DNA from: an uncultured candidate division Zixibacteria bacterium
GTDB taxonomy: Bacteria; Zixibacteria; MSB-5A5; GN15; PGXB01
Direction of reading: 5' to 3'
DNA: 64,000 nt
NCBI GenBank assembly: GCA_963702205.1
Contig: OY969724.1
Coordinates: 1,696,001 to 1,760,000 of the forward strand
Positions within the stretch are counted from its first letter, which is position 1; each line of letters starts with the position of its first letter. Below the pieces are notes generated by a model, which searched no databases, had not been told where the DNA came from, and worked only from the letters and a program-made list of their open reading frames with translations. Both the position numbers and the translations under genes were made by a program. Below are positions 29,665-39,187 of this stretch, in pieces.

Positions 29665-32181
29665 ATGAAGGGTGTTGCTCTAATGTTAGCGATGATCCTG
29701 CTCCTCGGCTTCGGAACTGTGTTCGGTCAGATTCAGACGGCACAGTCGGGACCCTGGCAGGATCCCGACACTTGGCAGGGTGGCGTCATTCCGACGTCTG
29801 CCGATGACGTTTTCATCAATGCGGGACAAACCGTCTCGGTCGATGACGACCTGTCAGAGTGTCATTCCATTTCTTTCGGGGGCGATGATGCACTTATTGA
29901 TATGAACGCCAATGGCATGTTGAGCGTGTACGGGGATTTTACGCTGTTCAGCACGAGCCACAACGTCTTTTCGGCGGGCTGGTCGGCATCCAGTGCTTTT
30001 GTCAAGTTCACCGGCGACGAACCGGTGCAGACACTGAGCGGCTGGAATACCGGCGGCGGCTCGACGTCGTTCCGCGACGCCATCATCGACAAGCCGGTCG
30101 GAACCGAAGTGACGACGGGCGGCAACGGCATGAAAATCTGTTTCCAGAACAGCCTTGAAATCGTCAGCGGGACGTTTACGCTTTCCGACGACGACGATCT
30201 GGAAGCGCGCTGGGCGTCGAGCGGCAATTTCACCAACAATCAGACCCTCACCGTCACGGTACAGGCCGACGGCGAGTTTATTCTGGTCGACGGCGGCGGC
30301 TCGCATTTTATCCGCAGCAATACCGGTTCCACGCCGATCGGGCCGATGGTTTTGTACGGGAAGGCCGAATTCACGGACGCCAGTTCGAGTGATATCAGTG
30401 TCGGCGGCTTCACCGTCAAAGACGGCGGCCTTCTCGAAATCGGGACCGGTCTGGGAAGTACAACCTATGGTCCGGAATTCAACTGCGGGCCGGTTGTCAT
30501 CGAATCCGGCGGAGAGGTCTTGAATGTAACGACGTCCGACGTCTGGTTCGAAGGATCATCGCTGGAAATACAACCCGGCGGGACTTTCCGCACGAACAGC
30601 AGTACAACTACGTTTCCGGCGGCTTTCACGAATAACGGAAAGGTTCGTTACGAGAGGAATCCGTCGAGCGCTTCGACCGATCAGGAAGTGGTCGACATGG
30701 ACTATATCGACGTGGAGTTCAGCTTCAACGGAAACGACACCAGGAAACTATGGACGCTGACAGCCGACCGCTTCGTGACCGACAGCTTCACGACCAACAA
30801 CAGCGCCGAACTTGTTCTGGGCGCCGAGGCACCGCAGACGGTTACGGTCGGCGGGACGATGCGCATGACGAGCGGTATGATCGACATCACCGACCCCGAT
30901 GTGACACTCGCCCTGGGCGACGGCGTTCTCGTTTCGCGGGCAACGGGCGAGATCACTGGCGCTCCTCAATTTCTGGGCACCGTGGATCTTCGCTATACCA
31001 GCTCGGTGACCTCCGTCACGACCGGGCCGGAAATGCCGACCGGTCCCTCGGCGATAAACGATATTACGATCAAATCTCCGGACCAGGTCGTCACCCTCGG
31101 TGCCGACGCCACCGCCAACGGTATTGTACTATTGGAAGAAGGAACCCTGTCCACCGGCAGCTTCACACTTGCTTTGAGCGAAAGCGCAACGCTGGACGAA
31201 ACCGCCGGATTTACGGTGCAGGGCCATGTCTCGGCCATGAACGACCTCGCGAAAAGCGTTTACAGCGATTTCAGCGGCATCGGGTTGGAGATTACGGCCG
31301 ACGGTACCGCCCCCGGAGAAACCTCGGTTGTGCGTGTCACCGGTTCGCCGTTGACTCTGACAGGCGGCCAGCCGGGTATTGCGCGCTACTTTGATGTATC
31401 ACCGGCGGTCAATTCCGGACTCGACGCGACTTTGATAATTCACTACACCGACGAAGAACTGAACGGTCTCGATGAAGGTACGCTCACGGCGTATTCATCG
31501 GACAACGGCGGGGCTTCATGGGCGCAGCACGAGGGAACGCTCGACGATGCAGCCAATACGTTTACCGTAACGGGTGTGGACGGATTATCGCTGTGGACGC
31601 TGGGCAATCCGGTTACGTCGGCGGAAAAAACCATGGAGATTTCCCCGGAACCGTTGATGTCGGTTCATGCCTATGCGTACGGCGGCCCGGCCATGGTTTG
31701 GTTTAATTTCGGACCCGGTTCGGAATCCGATATCGCCGACGTCGACCTGGCCAGCCTGACCGTCAATGGTGTTGCTCCGGTTAGTACACCGGTAATCGTC
31801 CCGGCCCGCGAAGGTTTTGTCGGTGACGTCATTGAAATTCAGGTTCCTCTGCACCTGTTGGCGAGAAGCTACGGTATGCTCTGGAACCTGAGCGTTCAGG
31901 ATTACACGGTAGCGGGGGCATTGAACGACGCCTCGCCGTTTACCGCGGTCGGACAGGTCGATTTTATCGGCCACACTCTCGGCAGCGTTGACGGAAACGA
32001 GGCTATTAACCTGATCGACATCTTGTACCTGATTGACCGGATTTACAATCAGGGTCCGGAACTGATCGGCGGCGACATAGTCGGCGACTGCGACTGCAGC
32101 AGCGATTTGAATCTTCTCGACGTCCTGACGCTGATTAAAAACATATATACCGGAGGACCTGCCCCGGATTGCAGGAACTAA
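29665..32181 (+). CDS. Secreted paralogue: one module and dockerin-like domain, no hydrolase domain
   Basis: 838 aa; AGGAGG SD; signal peptide followed directly by TAQSGPW. Confidence 0.8.
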   Translation: MKGVALMLAMILLLGFGTVFGQIQTAQSGPWQDPDTWQGGVIPTSADDVFINAGQTVSVDDDLSECHSISFGGDDALIDMNANGMLSVYGDFTLFSTSHNVFSAGWSASSAFVKFTGDEPVQTLSGWNTGGGSTSFRDAIIDKPVGTEVTTGGNGMKICFQNSLEIVSGTFTLSDDDDLEARWASSGNFTNNQTLTVTVQADGEFILVDGGGSHFIRSNTGSTPIGPMVLYGKAEFTDASSSDISVGGFTVKDGGLLEIGTGLGSTTYGPEFNCGPVVIESGGEVLNVTTSDVWFEGSSLEIQPGGTFRTNSSTTTFPAAFTNNGKVRYERNPSSASTDQEVVDMDYIDVEFSFNGNDTRKLWTLTADRFVTDSFTTNNSAELVLGAEAPQTVTVGGTMRMTSGMIDITDPDVTLALGDGVLVSRATGEITGAPQFLGTVDLRYTSSVTSVTTGPEMPTGPSAINDITIKSPDQVVTLGADATANGIVLLEEGTLSTGSFTLALSESATLDETAGFTVQGHVSAMNDLAKSVYSDFSGIGLEITADGTAPGETSVVRVTGSPLTLTGGQPGIARYFDVSPAVNSGLDATLIIHYTDEELNGLDEGTLTAYSSDNGGASWAQHEGTLDDAANTFTVTGVDGLSLWTLGNPVTSAEKTMEISPEPLMSVHAYAYGGPAMVWFNFGPGSESDIADVDLASLTVNGVAPVSTPVIVPAREGFVGDVIEIQVPLHLLARSYGMLWNLSVQDYTVAGALNDASPFTAVGQVDFIGHTLGSVDGNEAINLIDILYLIDRIYNQGPELIGGDIVGDCDCSSDLNLLDVLTLIKNIYTGGPAPDCRN

Positions 32182-32253
32182 CTGCTGATTATTGAAAACC
32201 ATTTGGGGCGGTTTCGGCCGCCCCAATCTAAATCATAGGACGAATTAACGGGA

Positions 32254-33321
32254 ATGTACAAATCACGCCTTTATCCGGCATTGATGCCGGTATTACTTCT
32301 GGGTTTCGTGTTTTTGGCCTGCGGACACTCTGCCAACGATTCCGCCGCCGATAAGCTCGCGAATTTCTATAAAAAAGATAAAGTTGTCGTCCTGGTCACC
32401 GACTCCGGCCTGGGCGGGCTTTCTGTTATGGCCGACATCGCGGGCAAATTCGAAAAAGAACACCCGTTCAAAGAGGTGCAGTTGATTTTTGCCAACGCTT
32501 TGGCCGACACGAATTATCTATACAACCAGATGTCATCGACCGATGAAAAAGTCGGCGTGTTCAACGACGCTCTAACCGGTATGACTCAAAACTACCATCC
32601 CGATATAATCATGATTGCCTGCAACACGCTGTCCGTGATTTATCCGTTGACCGAATTCTCTCGAAGCACGGAAATCCCCGTGATCGATATCGTCGACTTC
32701 GGCGTCAAGATGATGTTGGACTACCTGCACGATCACCCCGACGATGCCGTGGTTATCATGGGCACCCCGACCACTATCGCGCAGGACTCGCACTGTCAGA
32801 GGCTAATAGACGCCGGTATTGCTCCGGAAAGAATCGTGACGCAGCCCTGCGATATGCTTGAAAGCGAAATACAGAACGATCCCGAAAGCGACATCACCGA
32901 GACAATGATCGATATGTACGCATCCGAAGCGGTGGATAAACTCCCGGCCGAATCCGGACTGGGGCTCGGAGTCGGTTTGTGCTGTACGCACTATGGCTAT
33001 TCCGGAAAATCGTTCGAGAGCTCGTTTGCGACGCTGTCGGGAAAAAATGTGAAGGTTTTAAACCCGAATACCGCGATGAGCCGGTTTTTATTCCGGCCGG
33101 AGTACGATAACCGATATGAATCGACCGGAATTTCTGCCCGGGTGGTTTCGAGAGTGCCTATTTCCAAAGAAGCGGTAGCGTCGATCGGGAAGATGCTCTC
33201 GAAAGATTCGGAACCGGTCGCAGAGGCATTGCGTAGTTATGAATTGAATCGAAATTTATTTACGTATTCCAAATATTCGGCGGACAAATCCGGAGTAAGC
33301 GGTGAGACTGGCGACCGTTAG
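32254..33321 (+). CDS. Glutamate/aspartate racemase family protein with a lipoprotein signal peptide
   Basis: DSGLGGLSV, IACNT and CTHY (both catalytic Cys present); lipobox FLAC. Confidence 0.85.
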   Translation: MYKSRLYPALMPVLLLGFVFLACGHSANDSAADKLANFYKKDKVVVLVTDSGLGGLSVMADIAGKFEKEHPFKEVQLIFANALADTNYLYNQMSSTDEKVGVFNDALTGMTQNYHPDIIMIACNTLSVIYPLTEFSRSTEIPVIDIVDFGVKMMLDYLHDHPDDAVVIMGTPTTIAQDSHCQRLIDAGIAPERIVTQPCDMLESEIQNDPESDITETMIDMYASEAVDKLPAESGLGLGVGLCCTHYGYSGKSFESSFATLSGKNVKVLNPNTAMSRFLFRPEYDNRYESTGISARVVSRVPISKEAVASIGKMLSKDSEPVAEALRSYELNRNLFTYSKYSADKSGVSGETGDR

Positions 33322-34189
33322 ACTGGATAATCGGGAAATGGCAGCCGTGGCGCTAACCGATGGACTGGCCACTCTGGAAGATATCAATAGTCGCTTTGGG
33401 CTCAGTTATCCGCTGAACCTGTTTGACCTGATCAATTCGGGTCATCTCGAAAAGCTGCGGGAATGGTACGACAACGGTGGCGCGGACAAATTATACCACC
33501 CGGATACCGGGAAAATTCAATACGACAAGGCAGAATTCGCGCCGTTGTATCGTCATCCCCGCAAAATCTGGGGCATCGGGCTGAATTACAAATCTCACGC
33601 GGCTGATCTTTCTGAATCCGCCCCGACCGCCGAACCGGCCAGTTTCATGAAGCCCGATACGACTATAATCGGGCACGGTGATAAAATAGAAATACCCGTC
33701 ATGTCGCAGAAAACCACGGGCGAGGCGGAACTCGGGATTATTTTAGGACGGATATGCCGCAATGTTCCTGAGGACAACTGGCAATCGGTGGTCGCGGGGT
33801 ACACGACAATCATAGATATGACCGCCGAGGATATCCTCCGGCGCAATCCGCGCAATCTGACACAGTCGAAAAGCTTTGATACTTTTTTCAGTTTTGGCCC
33901 GTTGTTTTATACGGTCGATGAATTCCCTGACATTACTTCATTGACAGTATCGACCGTACACAACGGGTCGATTCACGCGACCAACGAAGTCGCCAACATG
34001 ACCTTTCTTCCCGATTTCTTGGTGTCGTATCATACCCGCATAATGACGATGCTCCCCGGAGACATAATTTCGACCGGAACACCGGGTGCGGCACCGCTTC
34101 GCGACGGGGATACCATCGCCTGCCATATTACCGGTTGTCATCCTCTTAAAAATCCGGTCGTCGATTTAAAATTAAAAAATGGAGATTAA
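33302..34189 (+). CDS. Fumarylacetoacetate hydrolase family protein
   Basis: GLNYKSH, FMKP, EAELG, KSFDTF and GDIISTGTP. Confidence 0.9.
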   Translation: MRLATVRLDNREMAAVALTDGLATLEDINSRFGLSYPLNLFDLINSGHLEKLREWYDNGGADKLYHPDTGKIQYDKAEFAPLYRHPRKIWGIGLNYKSHAADLSESAPTAEPASFMKPDTTIIGHGDKIEIPVMSQKTTGEAELGIILGRICRNVPEDNWQSVVAGYTTIIDMTAEDILRRNPRNLTQSKSFDTFFSFGPLFYTVDEFPDITSLTVSTVHNGSIHATNEVANMTFLPDFLVSYHTRIMTMLPGDIISTGTPGAAPLRDGDTIACHITGCHPLKNPVVDLKLKNGD

Positions 34190-34192
34190 ACC

Positions 34193-34981
34193 ATGGAATT
34201 CGGTCTTAAAGACAAGCCGGTGGTGGTGATGGCGTCGGGCGGCGGCATCGGGCGCGGAATCGCCCTGCAGTTTGCGCGGGAAGGGGCCAGGGTCATGATG
34301 TTCGACCGAGATGAGACGGCTCTGTCGCAATCGCAGGAAATAATTTTCAAAGAGACGGGATTAAAGCCGCTTGTCTTCGCCGGTGACATTACGGAAATCG
34401 AGGACATCGAGGATTTAGGCCGGACCATGGAAAAAGAGTTCGGGACCGTTTTCGCTCTGGTTAACAATACCGGCGGACCGCCGGCCGGCGGTTTTGACGC
34501 GTTCAAAGACGAGCATTGGGTCAACGCTTTCGAGTTGACGCTGCTGGGGTACATTCGCGTGATTCGGGAGATGCTTCCTCTGATGCGGCAAAACGGCAGC
34601 GGGCGAATCGTCTGTAATGCGTCGTCGTCGATAAAGCAGGCCATAGACAACCTGATCCTGTCCAATGTTTTTCGCATGGGTGTGCTGGGTTTATGCAAGT
34701 CGCTGGCGCGCGAACTGGGGCCGGAGAATATTCTGGTTAACGTCATCGGACCGGGCAAGATCGACACCGAGCGCGTCGCCTATATCGACGCCCGTAAAGC
34801 CGAGAAGATGAATGTCACGCCGCAAGAATTACGAACCCAGATGGAGAAGAGCATTCCGCTTGGACGCTACGGTACAACCGAAGAGATCGCGCGGACGGTG
34901 GTCTTTCTCTGTTCCGAGGCCAATACGTTTATTTCGGGGCAGAGCATTCTGGTCGACGGCGGCATGGTCGCGGCGTATTAA
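34193..34981 (+). CDS. SDR family oxidoreductase
   Basis: ASGGGIG, VNNTGGP, VN..GPG, IPLGRYG and VDGG. Confidence 0.9.
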   Translation: MEFGLKDKPVVVMASGGGIGRGIALQFAREGARVMMFDRDETALSQSQEIIFKETGLKPLVFAGDITEIEDIEDLGRTMEKEFGTVFALVNNTGGPPAGGFDAFKDEHWVNAFELTLLGYIRVIREMLPLMRQNGSGRIVCNASSSIKQAIDNLILSNVFRMGVLGLCKSLARELGPENILVNVIGPGKIDTERVAYIDARKAEKMNVTPQELRTQMEKSIPLGRYGTTEEIARTVVFLCSEANTFISGQSILVDGGMVAAY

Positions 34982-35287
34982 GAACTGACTGATTCGATAT
35001 TGTTTCTCTCGTTATGATTCTTGACCCTTCATTAAATCGAATATATTTAGATTTTGTCATGCGTTAAATGCGGGGCGGTAATAATTACATGTCGCTTATG
35101 AGTCATATTGACAAGAGCAGGGGTGTATGACCGGTTTTGATTTGCATGGCATTTTGGGGTTGCCTTAGGGGCGTTGATGGGGCTATATTGAATTATCGAA
35201 TTCGAAAATAGCGGGGGTTCGCGGGATTGTGTGGTAATCAGGGGAATTGAGGGGATTTGAAATTGGATAAAATAATCTGTCAAGAAC

Positions 35288-35311
35288 CCCGACATAGAAT
35301 GTCGGGCCACC
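35288..35311 (-). repeat. REP-A palindrome
   Basis: GGTGG + CCCGACAT-TCT-ATGTCGGG on the minus strand; second copy at 3436. Confidence 0.75.
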
Positions 35312-35319
35312 GGGCCGGT

Positions 35320-35633
35320 TTTTCTATGATAAGTGAAATTAATTCAGCCAATATAGCATACCCATATTCGAATCCAGTATGGCATGACTATGGATGGAAA
35401 AAATGGTTTTATTTATTACCCAGGAGATATTGAAGTATGGACCATATTACTATAAACAGATGCACATTATATGTATTATTAGCATTATTATGTGCATTTA
35501 TTAGTTGTATGTCTAAGTACAGAGAACGTGCTATGCCAAACATGTATAATATTGATAATATTGCGACAATGATACTATTTGTTGATACTACTTTGATTGG
35601 TGAAAGTGTACATGACATGCAATATGAAATTAA
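35320..35633 (+). pseudogene. 3' tail of an AT-rich gene (stop at 35433) followed by the 5' part of a lipoprotein gene (from 35437) cut by a REPIN
   Basis: Open frame ...NPVWHDYGWKKWFYLLPRRY*, then an ATG 3 nt later with lipobox FISC; the frame ends inside the REP. Confidence 0.5.
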
Positions 35634-35821
35634 CCGGTAACACACCCTTTTAGGGTGTTTGAGATGGTCTAAGGCAATACGGTATGTGTCGAACATGGCA
35701 TTGGGGGAAATCAAAAGTATTCCGACTCTTACATTTTGTTTTGGCTAAAGAGATTACTTGCTTGAGATGGATTATGGTAGCAAAATCCAATTGACCACAC
35801 CCTAAAAGGGTGTGTTACCGG
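35634..35821. mobile_element. 188-bp REPIN/MITE-like element (two inverted REP-B)
   Basis: 25-bp perfect terminal inverted repeat CCGGTAACACACCCTTTTAGGGTGT; spacer conserved in 37881-38067. Confidence 0.85.
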
Positions 35822-35934
35822 TTTGAATTTATTATACAAAATGGAGTGGTTACACATTCAACATTTATTCCGAACGGTACCTTTACAGGGTGCCCTAATT
35901 CACGATTTTGATCATTTTAGTCTGGAGAGATATT

Positions 35935-36489
35935 ATGGAAATATTCAAACACAATATAAGGTTCAATAGCTGGGGCGAGATTTATGCCGGTCTTAAAAGG
36001 GGTTATATGGGTGTCGACGAAATATCCGAATTTTGTCAGGACGGTAAAATAATAGTATGTAATGAGGAACGTATTATAAAATTGAGCGTGGAAAATTACG
36101 AATCGTTACATAATGTATTTGAATTTATTCGGGCCTTTATTATTGAGGACAATCATAAGGCCATTCCCATTGTTAGTTATGAGGAAGATAAATATCCTTT
36201 TAAATATATACCAACTGAATATTGGGAAATATGGAAATTGGAGTTATTGCTAAAAATAATGAACCGTGATATCACAATCGAAGAACAGCTAAGAAAAGCT
36301 CATTATGATGTATATGTTGAATTCGAATATGCATTGGAAGATGCCGAATTCTCTTTTTTAGGCAATCGCACTGGAAAAGGACCAAATAGTCTATATAGAA
36401 GTTTATTAAGTTACGTAGATAATAAGATAAAATATCTTCAATTGCTGAATAAAAAAACCGAGGAGCAATATGGTTGTGAGAATGCATAA
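35935..36489 (+). CDS. AT-rich acidic hypothetical protein, possible immunity protein (DUF2247-like N-terminus)
   Basis: GGAG SD; 184 aa; preceded by an orphan gene tail at 35822-35911 (FEFIIQNGVVTHSTFIPNGTFTGCPNSRF*). Confidence 0.55.
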   Translation: MEIFKHNIRFNSWGEIYAGLKRGYMGVDEISEFCQDGKIIVCNEERIIKLSVENYESLHNVFEFIRAFIIEDNHKAIPIVSYEEDKYPFKYIPTEYWEIWKLELLLKIMNRDITIEEQLRKAHYDVYVEFEYALEDAEFSFLGNRTGKGPNSLYRSLLSYVDNKIKYLQLLNKKTEEQYGCENA

Positions 36490-36688
36490 CGCAAGATAGA
36501 ATACTGGTTTTCTCACAATTTTATGGGCGAGATTGAAGAAATTGATGGGTTGTGCAATCAAAATGTCGGGCCGTTCTTTGCCAATCTTTGTGTAAGAAAA
36601 GGCTTTTTGGTCGTAAGTTTATAACCCTATGGAGCACACTCATTGGCAAATTGGCTGCCATGAATAAGAAAGAAATTGAGTTGGCCGG

Positions 36689-37280
36689 GGTCGCCCACGG
36701 CTTGCCGTGGGAATGATTGTTTACTATATTAAATTATGCCGCGCTTGAAACATTATGATAATACGGGAACAGCCCGATTCATCACGTTTAATTGCTATCG
36801 TGATGAACCTGCACTGTCTGATGAGGTCGCCAGAAAACTACTGGCTCGATATATCGAACAAGCGCGACATAAATATGGGTTTCGAATGCTTGGCTATGTG
36901 ATTATGCCCAATCATGTGCATCTTGTCATTCACCCGCTGGACGGAACACCGATGGGGCAGGTGGTCGGAGAAATCAAGTCATTGACGGCTCGGGAATGGT
37001 TCCAACTGGCGGAAATACGTTCGAAAGACGTCGTTCGCGTATTTTGGCAGAAGCGGTGCTATGATCATAACTGCCGGAGCACCGCCGCAGTCCGAGAAAA
37101 GATAGCGTATTGTCATGCCAACCCAGTGCGATGGGGTTTGGTAAGCGATCCGGGGGAATGGGTGTGGTCAAGTTATAATTGGTATCAGGGTAAACAGGAT
37201 GTGCCATTACGGATGGACCAATATGAATTATGACCGTGAGTATTTATATCGGGGATTCCCACGGCAAGCCGTGGGCGACC
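36689..37280 (+). mobile_element. REPtron: RAYT flanked by inverted REP-C
   Basis: GGTCGCCCACGGCTTGCCGTGGGAAT at 36689-36714 and its exact reverse complement at 37255-37280. Confidence 0.85.
36736..37233 (+). CDS. REP-associated tyrosine transposase (RAYT, Y1 HUH)
   Basis: FITF, YVIMPNHVHL (HUH), FWQKRCYDH, YCHANPVRWGL and WSSY. Confidence 0.93.
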   Translation: MPRLKHYDNTGTARFITFNCYRDEPALSDEVARKLLARYIEQARHKYGFRMLGYVIMPNHVHLVIHPLDGTPMGQVVGEIKSLTAREWFQLAEIRSKDVVRVFWQKRCYDHNCRSTAAVREKIAYCHANPVRWGLVSDPGEWVWSSYNWYQGKQDVPLRMDQYEL

Positions 37281-37282
37281 GG

Positions 37283-37699
37283 CCATTTCTTGTGGGCGCT
37301 TGGTTTGCCACAAATAATTATGTCGGTCAAGCATGCTTTGATAGCAATGTAGATTTCAATTTTTGGAAGTGTATGGGGCATGCTTTGGTTGGCGGATTGA
37401 GTGGATATTTCTCGACTTTTGGAGAACCCGGAAATCTCGGTAGTAACATTATTTCTCATGCGGCTAATGCGGCAACCTCATCAGCTCTCCATAACGCCAT
37501 AGATGAACGAGACGGGCGTGCTTTTTGGGGCAGAGTATCGCTTTCGGCCGGTGCCGGTGCGCTTGAGGGCTTTTTGACGTCTGAACATTTTGATATCTTA
37601 TGCACCACAGGGGATTACAATCGTATGATAATGAGATCAGGGACCTCCTAGTTGCCGGTAAATATAAGGAAGCCTGTACTTATGCTTCAGGTGTCTATA
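37283..37699 (+). pseudogene. Internal fragment of a Gly/Ala-rich protein resembling an Rhs pre-toxin region
   Basis: No own start; open from the REP edge (HALVGGLSG..., AANAATSSAL..., SAGAGALEG); an apparent frameshift near 37620. Confidence 0.4.
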
Positions 37700-37879
37700 A
37701 GTTGGCCGGGGTCGCCCACGGCTTGCCGTGGGAATGATTGTTTACTATATTAAATTATGCCGCGCTTGAAACATTATGATAATACGGGAACAGCCCGATT
37801 CATCACGTTTAATTGCTATCGTGATGAACCTGCACTGTCTGATGAGGTCGCCAGAAAACTACTGGCTCGATATATCGAA
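37700..37879 (+). repeat. Exact 180-bp duplicate of 36679-36858 (REP-C, promoter and first 41 RAYT codons)
   Basis: Base-for-base match at offset 1021, truncated at the next REPIN. Confidence 0.9.
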
Positions 37880-37880
37880 T

Positions 37881-38067
37881 CCGGTAACACACCCTTTTAG
37901 GGTGTGAGAGATGGTCTGCGGCAATGGCGTATGTGTCGAAAATGGCATTGGGGGAAATCAAAAGTATTCCGACTCTTACATTTTGTTTTGGCTAAGGAGA
38001 TTACTTGCTTGAGATGAACAATGATCGCATTATGCCGTACAACAAGCCCTGAAAGGGTGTATTACCG
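37881..38067. mobile_element. Second REPIN copy (right REP degenerate)
   Basis: Colinear with 35634-35821. Confidence 0.8.
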
Positions 38068-38165
38068 TCTGCTGTGGTACCCTGTCAGAGCCAGAGCAAT
38101 AAAAATATAATCCTCCTCAATCCAATTTGCTTTTTCCTCCATAATTTCTTACCATCCCTTTCGTT

Positions 38166-38960
38166 ATGAACCACGGAATTGTTTGGGATTTTAATCCGAC
38201 CATGTTCTCGATCGGGTCGTTCGACGTGCGCTGGTACGGCCTGATATTTGTCATTGTCTTTCTGGTCGGCTACTGGCTGTGGCGCTGGCAACTGCTACGC
38301 GGCGGCCAGACGCTTGAAACCGCCCAGAATTTCTTCATCTGGGGCATCATCGCTGTCATAGTCGGGGCCAGGCTGGGTCATTGCCTGTTTTACGATCCGG
38401 GATATTACCTGACCCACCCGCTACACATCCTCTATACCCGTGAGGGAGGGCTGGCGTCACACGGGGCCATGATCGGGTTGATTATCGCGCTGTTTTGGTT
38501 TGCCAAAAAATACAAGATGGGCTTTCTCGATACGCTGGACCGGTTTTCTTTCTCGGCAGCGTTCGGGGCGGCGGCGGTCAGGGTCGGTAATTTCCTCAAT
38601 TCCGAGATTGTCGGGCGGCCCACCGATGTCCCGTGGGGGGTACGATTTATCCGCTATGATGGCGGAGTAGTGCCTCGCCACCCGACACAGATATATGAAT
38701 TCCTTATGGGGATGATAATCCTGCTTATTCTGTATCTGGCCGACAAGCGGGCCGGAAAAGAGAAACGCCCGCGCGGTCTTCTGGCCGGGCTGTTTCTGAC
38801 GCTTTATTCGCTGGGGCGGTTCATAGTCGAGTTTTTCAAAGAGTATCAAACCCTGAGCCCGAATTCGGTTCTTACTATGGGTCAGTATTTATCGATTATC
38901 CCGTTTTTCATCGGTCTCTGGATTTTGTATCTGGCTTATAAAAAGCCTCGTGCTAATTAA
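38166..38960 (+). CDS. lgt: Prolipoprotein diacylglyceryl transferase
   Basis: RWYG, GARLGH, GGLASHG, RVGNFLNSEI, RHPTQIYE, RFIVEF and MGQYLS. Confidence 0.97.
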   Translation: MNHGIVWDFNPTMFSIGSFDVRWYGLIFVIVFLVGYWLWRWQLLRGGQTLETAQNFFIWGIIAVIVGARLGHCLFYDPGYYLTHPLHILYTREGGLASHGAMIGLIIALFWFAKKYKMGFLDTLDRFSFSAAFGAAAVRVGNFLNSEIVGRPTDVPWGVRFIRYDGGVVPRHPTQIYEFLMGMIILLILYLADKRAGKEKRPRGLLAGLFLTLYSLGRFIVEFFKEYQTLSPNSVLTMGQYLSIIPFFIGLWILYLAYKKPRAN

Positions 38961-39187
38961 TAAGCAATTTCTGTCGATCTGTTTTTTAATAATGTTCGCG
39001 GCCATAAGTGATTGTGCTGTAAATAGTAGCGCCTGTTTTGCTGAAAAGTCGCTATTTTATCAAAGTAAAATATAGATTTTTATATTTTACCTTTATAGCT
39101 TTAACGAAAATAAGAATAGCTGGCAAGTGCAACTGTATTTTCGCAATCCGGACTTATCTACAAATCCTCAAACGGTAGCATCGTGCA

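Noticed and set aside
20728..32181. Diversity-generating retroelement or autotransporter interpretation of the repeated modules
   Set aside because: No reverse transcriptase, no evident adenine-specific repeat pair, and no C-terminal barrel
35288..38067. CRISPR array or integron cassette array
   Set aside because: The repeats belong to three families, are inverted and irregularly spaced by hundreds of bp; there are no cas genes, intI or attC-type ends, and RAYT explains them
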